DNA of 64,000 bases from Terriglobia bacterium (GTDB lineage: Bacteria > Acidobacteriota > Terriglobia > UBA7540). The stretch covers positions 1,920 to 65,919 of the forward strand of contig JBKQVI010000535.1 of the NCBI GenBank assembly GCA_052139985.1. The letters run 5' to 3'. Positions 47,213-54,879 of the stretch are shown here, one piece after another. A model generated the notes under the pieces. That model made no database searches and was not told the origin of the DNA. It saw nothing but the letters and a program-made list of their open reading frames with translations. Numbering within the stretch: position 1 is the stretch's first letter; the number at the start of each line of letters is the position of its first letter. The position numbers and the translations under genes are program-made.

Positions 47213-49810
47213 ATGCCTGGCCACCATCCGCAGAGCAAGATGCCAACGGCATCACCCGTTACCAAGGGCGGGAGCGTGCCTGCTTCGGAAGAAAATGAAG
47301 TGCGCGCCTTGCTGGCCCGAGGCAGCACAAAACATGCGGTGGAGCTGGCAAAGCAGATCCATAAGCATTTGTCTTCGCCGGCCTCCGAGTCGCTGCTTGT
47401 GGACGCCTACTCGGCGAGAATTCGGTCCTTGCTGAAGGTCGGCCTGGCGACGGAAGCCAAGGCATTGCTGGACCTCGTAAGGGAGCGGTATCCCTCCGCA
47501 AAAGAAAAGTTCGGTGACATTGGTGTGGTGGTTGCCAGCAAGCAAGACACCCTGGACGAACTTCTTGCCCCACTGAACGATCCAGCCCTCCCCCAGGAGA
47601 GACGGCTTGCCATCGAAGCAGCGATCAAGTGCCAGGTAAGCGATCTTTCAGCCCTAGTGCAATGCCCGACACTCGCGATGGACCATCCGCTACGTATGGG
47701 CGCGGCTGCCTTGATGAGAGTCCTGGAAGCGGTCACCAGCGGCGCAGTCCCGGACGACGCACTCCTCTTACCTGAAGTCTCCCGCCGAGGTCCACTTGCT
47801 CCCTGGAAGTTCCTGGTGCGAGCTATTAGCTGCTTTTACCGGAACGACGACACGGGCAGCGCGGAATGCCTTCAGGCCATCGATCCGGACTCGGCTCCCG
47901 CACGGCTGATTCCTGCCCTACGGGCCGCGCTCGAACAAGGACCCGTGGACCGTCTTCCACCCGCTTCGGCATCGCTAGTGGCGCAGATTGAGGGGAAGCA
48001 GGAGGCTTTGCGAAAGGTCCTCAAATCACTCGATGATGCCCTGGCCAAAAGTGCGGAGCACAAGATCATTCCAGAAATTCAGCGCGCCATTTCTCTCTGC
48101 ACCGCTACCTGCCCTGAGTTGGTGGAGCGTCTACGCTTGCATGTTTGGACATTTGCGATCCGATCTGACCTTAACATGAGGCGGCTTGACGCGGCGCTGG
48201 GTGGCCCGGTGCTGAAGAACGCCTATTTCTGGCGTCTCTATGCCCGGGAAGTGGAATTTTCCGACAATCCATTAAAGCCCGCGGCGTGTCGCTTGTGGGA
48301 AGAGTTTCGACGGCACGCAGTGGCTGAGAACTGGTTCCGGGAGGACGGCCCGGAGGCGGCAGCCCTCTACGTTCATATGGCGGAGCTTATGCAGGAGGTC
48401 CCGCCCGAAGCGCTGGGAGATGTGCAACGGGATTTCGCCGCTAAAGCCGGCAACTTCCCCCGTTACTATGATGATCAGCCCGCCGCCATCCGGGCAGTGG
48501 CCGCAAAGTACGATTCGTCGGATGTTTACTTCCTTTTTCCGGAGAAGCTTTTTGAGCGCGCTTGCACGCTTGACCCCCATGCGGAAGCCTTTCAGAAATG
48601 GCTGGATTGGGCGATGCAAGAAGGCGATTGGAAAGCGGCCGAACGGGTGTGCACGATCTGGAACCGGGCGCTGCCGAACGATAGCCGGCCACTCCTCCAC
48701 CTCATGGAATCAGCGGAGAGTCGGGGAGCATTGGACAAGGCTTTCGGCTTTCTCAAACTCGCGCAAAAGTGTGACGCTCTTGGCACGGAGGTTCGCCGGG
48801 CGGCGTTTCGGCTTCTGGTGGCCAAGGCTCTTCGCCACCTCCGACAGCGCAAGCCGCATCTGGCCGAACAAGACGTGACGGCCCTGGAAGCGTTGCCGCA
48901 GGCGCAGGAGGCCGACCGTCCCGCATTTGTAGCTTGCTTGCGCTGGACCTGCTCCGTGCTTGATGGCAACTCCGATGGTGCTGCGGGCCTCTTATCGCAA
49001 GTGAGTCGCTTGCTCGATAGTCCGGCCGCCGGGGCTCTAGCTTGCGAGAGCACGGCGAATGCCTGTGGATTGGCGGTCGATCGATTTCTTCCGGAAAAGG
49101 CGGTGGCGCGACAAACAGATTCGTTGGCTTGTGCCATCGCTCGCGCCTGCGCTCTCGGCGACGACGTGGGTGTGGCGTTCAACATACCGCCGGCATGGGA
49201 AAGCAGAATCCTCCAGGAGCTATCGAAGAAGCCTGACAAGCTTGAGGTGCGGCAACTGCTGGCCTTGGGGGAGGCAGCTCTGCGAAGAAACCGGAGGGAG
49301 TTGGCCTACGCGGCATCCACTGCCGGGTTGGACAAGGGCGGGGACGCGGAAGGGAGATTCGTGTTGATGCGTGCTCGCGCCCTGCCGGGAGGAGATGTCC
49401 GGCGCCGGACGGATTGCCTGGCAGCCGCCGCGGAACTCGGGCGCCGGTACCGGGATGTGGATCTGGTTGACCAAGCCGTGGACTTGCAAAGAGGAGGTTC
49501 CGGCCGGCCGAACTTTCTCGATTGGGCTTACTCTATGGAGGAGCCTGCTGCCTCCTTGAGCACAGAAAGACTGAATCAGGTGCTTAAACGCGAAAAGCGG
49601 GCGCGCAAATTCCCAGTTTCCTCGTGGGCTCCGGAGTCGGAGTATGAGCCTTTCGACGACGATCTTGACGAGGAAGACGACGATGACTTGGACCAGGTCG
49701 ACCTGGAGGAGTTTAGCCGGCTTCTCGATGAAATGGGCCGCGCCCAGCCGCGAAAGAAGCCACCCAAGAGGCCGCGTCCAACCTGGCCTGGTCAAGGAGA
49801 GCTATTTTGA
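47213..49810 (+). CDS. large all-helical (TPR/HEAT-like by composition) hypothetical protein with acidic C-terminal tail
   Basis: 865-aa ORF. No enzymatic motif recognised. Tail DDDLDEEDDDDLDQVDLEEF...PTWPGQGELF. The stop overlaps the next start. Confidence 0.7.
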   Translation: MPGHHPQSKMPTASPVTKGGSVPASEENEVRALLARGSTKHAVELAKQIHKHLSSPASESLLVDAYSARIRSLLKVGLATEAKALLDLVRERYPSAKEKFGDIGVVVASKQDTLDELLAPLNDPALPQERRLAIEAAIKCQVSDLSALVQCPTLAMDHPLRMGAAALMRVLEAVTSGAVPDDALLLPEVSRRGPLAPWKFLVRAISCFYRNDDTGSAECLQAIDPDSAPARLIPALRAALEQGPVDRLPPASASLVAQIEGKQEALRKVLKSLDDALAKSAEHKIIPEIQRAISLCTATCPELVERLRLHVWTFAIRSDLNMRRLDAALGGPVLKNAYFWRLYAREVEFSDNPLKPAACRLWEEFRRHAVAENWFREDGPEAAALYVHMAELMQEVPPEALGDVQRDFAAKAGNFPRYYDDQPAAIRAVAAKYDSSDVYFLFPEKLFERACTLDPHAEAFQKWLDWAMQEGDWKAAERVCTIWNRALPNDSRPLLHLMESAESRGALDKAFGFLKLAQKCDALGTEVRRAAFRLLVAKALRHLRQRKPHLAEQDVTALEALPQAQEADRPAFVACLRWTCSVLDGNSDGAAGLLSQVSRLLDSPAAGALACESTANACGLAVDRFLPEKAVARQTDSLACAIARACALGDDVGVAFNIPPAWESRILQELSKKPDKLEVRQLLALGEAALRRNRRELAYAASTAGLDKGGDAEGRFVLMRARALPGGDVRRRTDCLAAAAELGRRYRDVDLVDQAVDLQRGGSGRPNFLDWAYSMEEPAASLSTERLNQVLKREKRARKFPVSSWAPESEYEPFDDDLDEEDDDDLDQVDLEEFSRLLDEMGRAQPRKKPPKRPRPTWPGQGELF

Positions 49811-50133
49811 ACCGCCACAGGAATCCGCAAAGCGCCCTCACGCCGCCTAAAGATGCCAGGGATATTCTGGGCGTCGGCCCGAACGCCACCGATGCTGAAA
49901 TCCGCGCCGCCTATCTGCAAAAGGTGAAGGAGAACCCGCCGGACCGTGCACCGGACCAGTTCGAGCGCATCCGCGATGCCTATGATTTGCTACGCGACCC
50001 GCGGCGTCGCGCGCTTCAGATGTTGCTCGGAGTCGATCCGAATGCTCCGCTCGTTTCGCTGTTGCCGTCCCATCCGGCGGAGAGGCGCTTCACGGGGCCT
50101 GGGCCGTGGCTGGCGGCCTTAAGGGAGAAATAA
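49807..50133 (+). CDS. J-like domain protein with HPD replaced by PPD
   Basis: ARDILGVGPNATDAEIRAAYLQKVKENPPDRAPDQFERIRDAYDLLRD aligns to J-domain helices I-III. TTG start overlaps the upstream TGA by 4 nt. Confidence 0.65.
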   Translation: MNRHRNPQSALTPPKDARDILGVGPNATDAEIRAAYLQKVKENPPDRAPDQFERIRDAYDLLRDPRRRALQMLLGVDPNAPLVSLLPSHPAERRFTGPGPWLAALREK

Positions 50134-50135
50134 GC

Positions 50136-50870
50136 GTGGAACGCGAAGAGATTTTGCGCCGCTTTGAAGCTTGGCTGGACCGCGTGCTGGCGGCGGAAGA
50201 GGCTCCCCAGGGAATTGCCGCCGAACTCCTTGCCTCCCTCTCCGCGGAAAACCCGCCTGAGACGGAGGGCCCAGCCGACCTGTATTCGATGCAGGCGGCG
50301 GTGACCGGCCTGACACAGGAGGTAAAGCTTCAGGGGAGAAGCTTCAAACAACTGAGCGAAACCCTTGCTCCCCTCGCGGATATGGCCCCGCAGTTAGCGG
50401 CGTTGCAGCACGAGGCCCAAGTGAGCGCGCGGCGGGAAATGCTCGACGTGCTTCTTGACCTCCGGGACCGCTTGGGCCGGGGTCTCGAAGCCGCTCGCGT
50501 CAGTCAAACGAAATTGCGCGACGCCCGGCAGTCCAACTGGCCGGCCCGTTGGTTGGCGCGCCACTCCTCAGTGCGCCAAGCGTCGGAAGGGTTAGCAGCG
50601 CTAGTGGAGGGTTATCGATTGAGCCTGGAACGTCTTGACGAAGTTCTGGCGCAATCCGATGTGCGGGCGATCGACTGCCAGGGTCAACCTTTCGACCCGG
50701 ACACGATGTATGCCGTGGACGTGGAGGAGACCGACCGAGCCACCGAGGGCACGGTCGTGGAAGTGTATCGAACGGGCTATGAATGGAAGGGCGAGGTGCA
50801 TCGCCCTGCGCAAGTGAAGGTTGCGCGCAAACCAACTTCCAAACCAACCGAGGACGATGAAGATGAATGA
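50136..50870 (+). CDS. GrpE-like nucleotide exchange factor
   Basis: C-terminal G.PFDP..M.A......EG.VVEV.R.GY......H RPA.V.V pattern and an N-terminal coiled coil. GTG lies 2 nt after the upstream TAA, with GGGAGA upstream. Confidence 0.75.
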   Translation: MEREEILRRFEAWLDRVLAAEEAPQGIAAELLASLSAENPPETEGPADLYSMQAAVTGLTQEVKLQGRSFKQLSETLAPLADMAPQLAALQHEAQVSARREMLDVLLDLRDRLGRGLEAARVSQTKLRDARQSNWPARWLARHSSVRQASEGLAALVEGYRLSLERLDEVLAQSDVRAIDCQGQPFDPDTMYAVDVEETDRATEGTVVEVYRTGYEWKGEVHRPAQVKVARKPTSKPTEDDEDE

Positions 50871-52728
50871 GTTGATCGCAGGCATTGATCTTGGAACCAC
50901 CAACTCCGAAATAGCAGCCTTCGTTAAGGGCCAAGTGCAGGTTCTTGGACCTGAGGCCGGCAAGATGCTACCCTCGTGTGTGGGCTTTTCGCCCACGGGC
51001 CAGCTCCTGGTGGGCCAATCGGCTCGCCATCAGCAGCTCCTCTATCCGGAATTAACCGTGCGGAGCATCAAACGCAAAATGGGTTCGGCGGACGTGGTGA
51101 AGCTCGGCGACAAAGCGTTCACGCCCCAGGAAATCTCAGCGCTCATTCTGCGCGAGCTGGTGGAATGGGCGCGGCGCGACCTGAATCAGCCTGTGGAGAA
51201 AGCCGTTATCACTGTGCCTGCTTATTTCTCCGACGCCCAGCGCAACGCCACGCGCGAGGCGGGAGCGCTGGCGGGGCTCGAGGTCATGCGAATCCTCAAC
51301 GAGCCGACGGCGGCCAGCCTCGCCTATGGCTTCGGCGACACCGCGCAACATACCGCCATGGTCTACGATCTGGGCGGCGGCACCTTTGATGTCTCCATCG
51401 TCACGGTGGAGGGCGACGTCACCGAAGTGCTGTCGAGCCATGGTAATAACCGCCTGGGCGGTGACGACTTCGACGACCTGTTGCTGGAGCGCCTGGAGCG
51501 GGAATTCCAAGACCAATACAGTATTGATCTGCGCCGCGGCCACCCCGCCGCGCACTCGCGGCTCTGGTGGGCAGCCGAAGAAGCCAAGAAGAAACTCAGC
51601 TACGAACCCTACGTCCGGGTGCGGGAAGAAGCCTTGGTAATGGATAACGGCAAGCCCCTGCACCTTGATTTGGAGCTCTCCCGCGCCGAGTACGAGGAGA
51701 TGATTCGTCCCCTCGTCGAGTCCACGCTCGATAGCGTTTCCAAAGCGTTGGGCGATGCGCGTAAGAGTCCTGCCGACCTCGATGCCATTCTTCTGGTGGG
51801 AGGTTCACCCCGCACGCCTCTTATTCCCCAGCGACTACAGGAGTTGACCAAGCTCGCACCGCGCCAGGATGTACACCCAGACTTGTGCGTGGCACTGGGG
51901 GCTGGTGTACTGGCGTCTCGCCTGGCCGGGCACGAAGTGGAGCGGGTGCTGGTGGACGTCTCACCCTTTTCCTTTGGCCCATCTTACCTCGGCGACCGCG
52001 GCGGATTTCCGTATGTGCATTGCTATCACCCCATCATTCATCGCAACACGCCGCTGCCGGTCACGCGTACGAACCAGTACTGCACGGCGAGCCCGTATCA
52101 AACTTCCGTACAAGTTGAGATCTATCAAGGCGAGGACGAAGACGCTCTTAAAAACATTCTCGTCGGGGATTTCCTGATCGAGGGGTTGCGGCCGACCGAA
52201 GAACCGAACGAAGTGCTTTGCCGCATGAGCCTGGATGTAGACGGCATTCTGCATGTCACGGCGATCGAGAAGGAGACGGGCAAGTCCAAACACATCACAA
52301 TTGCGCGGGCGCTGGAGGCGAAGAGCGCGGCCGAGATTGCGGCGGCGCGGGAACGAGTGGAGAAAATGTATTCGTCTCGAGCCGCGGAAGAGATCTCCGG
52401 GGACTTAGGAGAGGATCAGGCCGACATGGAAGGTGAGGAGGTAGCAGAACTCGCGGATGCCGAAGAGGTAACCGAGCAGGGAAGTGCAGAGAAGGCGAAG
52501 GAGCAGGCTGCTCCCGCGCCCGGCATAACTGCGGCGGTGGAGGAAGACGCCAAGGGACTGATCGAGCAATCTAGGCGTTTGCTGGACAAAATGCACCCAG
52601 AGGACAAAGAAGAAGTAATCGGACTGCACGAGAGGATTAGTGCGGCTATTTCTGCGAATGACCTTGATGAGTTGAAGAAGGCCATGGCCGAACTCCGTGA
52701 ACTGCTCTTCTTCGTCGAGGGACATTGA
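50857..52728 (+). CDS. Hsp70-family ATPase (DnaK paralog)
   Basis: GIDLGTTNS, VITVPAYFSDAQRNATREAG, NEPTAASLAYG, VYDLGGGTFDVS, LVGGSPRTPLI, and a substrate-binding domain. The ATG overlaps the GrpE-like gene by 14 nt. Confidence 0.9.
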   Translation: MKMNELIAGIDLGTTNSEIAAFVKGQVQVLGPEAGKMLPSCVGFSPTGQLLVGQSARHQQLLYPELTVRSIKRKMGSADVVKLGDKAFTPQEISALILRELVEWARRDLNQPVEKAVITVPAYFSDAQRNATREAGALAGLEVMRILNEPTAASLAYGFGDTAQHTAMVYDLGGGTFDVSIVTVEGDVTEVLSSHGNNRLGGDDFDDLLLERLEREFQDQYSIDLRRGHPAAHSRLWWAAEEAKKKLSYEPYVRVREEALVMDNGKPLHLDLELSRAEYEEMIRPLVESTLDSVSKALGDARKSPADLDAILLVGGSPRTPLIPQRLQELTKLAPRQDVHPDLCVALGAGVLASRLAGHEVERVLVDVSPFSFGPSYLGDRGGFPYVHCYHPIIHRNTPLPVTRTNQYCTASPYQTSVQVEIYQGEDEDALKNILVGDFLIEGLRPTEEPNEVLCRMSLDVDGILHVTAIEKETGKSKHITIARALEAKSAAEIAAARERVEKMYSSRAAEEISGDLGEDQADMEGEEVAELADAEEVTEQGSAEKAKEQAAPAPGITAAVEEDAKGLIEQSRRLLDKMHPEDKEEVIGLHERISAAISANDLDELKKAMAELRELLFFVEGH

Positions 52729-53024
52729 TGGAACCGGACGATTCGCCCCGCTGCCCCGTATGCCAGGCGCGCTTTCGGGACTCTTCTACCTGCTCGCGTT
52801 GTGGCGCCGATCTTGCCCCGCTAATGTTGCTGATGGCGAGGGCTCACCGGCTGCGACAGGACGCCCGAGGCGCCTTGCAAGGGGGTGACCCTGAGCGAGC
52901 CCAGAGGCTGGCCGCGGAAGCCCAGGCGATTTGCTCCAGCTCGCAGGGACGGGACCTCTGGCTCCTCTGTGCTTGGCTGCTCGAATCCTCCGCGCGAACG
53001 TCCATCGTAACTTATTTGGAATGA
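52728..53024 (+). CDS. small zinc-ribbon protein (CPVC-x12-CSRC) with helical tail
   Basis: The ATG overlaps the last base of the Hsp70 TGA (TGATG). 98 aa. Confidence 0.55.
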   Translation: MEPDDSPRCPVCQARFRDSSTCSRCGADLAPLMLLMARAHRLRQDARGALQGGDPERAQRLAAEAQAICSSSQGRDLWLLCAWLLESSARTSIVTYLE

Positions 53025-53516
53025 GTGCTCTGAGGGTTAGAAATCCCTGGGACGGGGATCACCTCTATCCCTGAGGTGTCTAGCTGTCCACATCAAGGAG
53101 ATTGTTACTTCACAGCCAAATTGAGCGTGCTTGCATTGAGACAACCGTTAACAACTATCTTGGATCGCCTACCACCTGAACGGAAGCTCCGCTCCGTGTG
53201 ACCCATAGAGAACTCCTCTCTCGCCAGTGTTTGGCCTACTGCAGGCCATTCCTGCTTGGTGGACGAAGGCTCCCTCCCTCGTACTCAATCGCCTTCGCGC
53301 CGCGGCACCCCGGAAATTTCGCGTCGCATGGGAATCTATTACACCTTCGAGCCTGGGTTCGCATTCCTCTGATTCACGTAACAAGCAATTTTTCAATTAC
53401 TTGCCCAAGCCGTGGCGCTGGAACGCGACTTGCTATAACGAAAGTGGTAAAATAGTCATCGGGGTCGAACGTACCCGCTGACGTTAGGGCAGCGCCACGA
53501 TCCCGGAGGTTTCGCG

Positions 53517-54542
53517 ATGATACCTGCCAGCGAAGAAAACGCTCTTGAATTCAACCTGGACAGACGTGATCGATCTCACAACGCGCAGGCTTGGGAAGGC
53601 GACCGAGCGGAAAGTGAAGAAATTCCTGCGTACTATAAACGGAGGTCGGCAGGCGTTTGGACGTGGTTAGCCACCCTGACCGTCGCTTTGGCAGTTATGA
53701 TGAGTTATGGTTATACCGTTCTAACGCGGCAAGGTATTCAATCAGAACAGATTCCTGGCATGACGAGATCGCTCTCCGCGATCGGTCAACACTTGGGGAG
53801 CGTCGAGAGACGCCTTGCTGATTCGAGGGCGGATCAACAGCATCTTGCCTCGCAGGTTCAAAGCATTGACGCGGGGTCGAAGGTCGCTCTCGGCCTGACC
53901 CAGCAACAAACGAGTCAGCTTGTTGCCCACGCCCAAGGGGCGATGCTCAAGCAACTGAAGCAACAAACCGCCGCCTTCCAGGCGCAGGTAACGCAGTTGG
54001 CGAGCGAGCGGCAGGCGGACCGCACTCAGTTGGCGCAAATGGCAGACCAGCTTACCCGAACTCGTACTGAACTCGAGACTACCCGGGCGGACTATACCCG
54101 CCAGGTTGAGTTGCTCCGCGAACAGCAAGGCGAGGAGCATCGCGAACTTGCTTCCATCAACAACTCACTTCCTACCCGTCAGGTGCCTTTTGAAATTCAA
54201 AAGAATCACAAGGTGCAGGTAGCCTCCGCCGTCTACTTGCAGGTGACTAAAATCGACGTTCGGCGTCAACGTTTTGACGGATGGATTGAATCAACGCTGG
54301 GTAATCCCAAGGTTTGGATTCAAAGCCAGGGAGTCGGAAATCCCGTGGTTTTCTATCCCGGCGCGCAAGGTAAGCCGGTCGTGATGGTTGTGACCAGCGT
54401 CGATCAAAAGGGTGCGGTGGGTTATCTGTTGTTGCCGGCAACAAGCAGCACAAGCGATCAGGCGCCTTCCATTTCTTCTGCTAGCCGGCAAGCCGATCCC
54501 AAAGCGGTACTGCCCAGTGAGAGCAGCGCCGTGCATCAGTAA
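53517..54542 (+). CDS. membrane-anchored coiled-coil hypothetical protein
   Basis: One TM segment (VWTWLATLTVALAVMMSYGY). Long Q/L/A-rich heptad-like region. C-terminal beta-rich domain. Confidence 0.6.
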   Translation: MIPASEENALEFNLDRRDRSHNAQAWEGDRAESEEIPAYYKRRSAGVWTWLATLTVALAVMMSYGYTVLTRQGIQSEQIPGMTRSLSAIGQHLGSVERRLADSRADQQHLASQVQSIDAGSKVALGLTQQQTSQLVAHAQGAMLKQLKQQTAAFQAQVTQLASERQADRTQLAQMADQLTRTRTELETTRADYTRQVELLREQQGEEHRELASINNSLPTRQVPFEIQKNHKVQVASAVYLQVTKIDVRRQRFDGWIESTLGNPKVWIQSQGVGNPVVFYPGAQGKPVVMVVTSVDQKGAVGYLLLPATSSTSDQAPSISSASRQADPKAVLPSESSAVHQ

Positions 54543-54879
54543 TTGAAAATCGGTTGGCCTGCGGGCGGGCGACTTGATGTCAAGGTTTGACGCCCGTGAG
54601 CTTTGAGGGAGCGCGTCCGCGAAGCTGCCGCTTTCCCCTCCTGCCATCTTTCCCACCCTAAAACCAAACTGCAAATCCAGCTACGGGTGACTGCCTGCCG
54701 TTCAAACCGCCTGATGACGCCCTCGCCTCACCAGCCCCAAAAACGGTAGCTGCCGCGACCGCAGTCAGAGCGCCTGCCGCGCGCCGCTTGTAATCCATCT
54801 TTTCCGCAGTGGAACATTTTTGCGCAGCTTGTACAGGTGAACTGGCGCTTCACCGACGGATGCCGAATCAATGTAGCCT

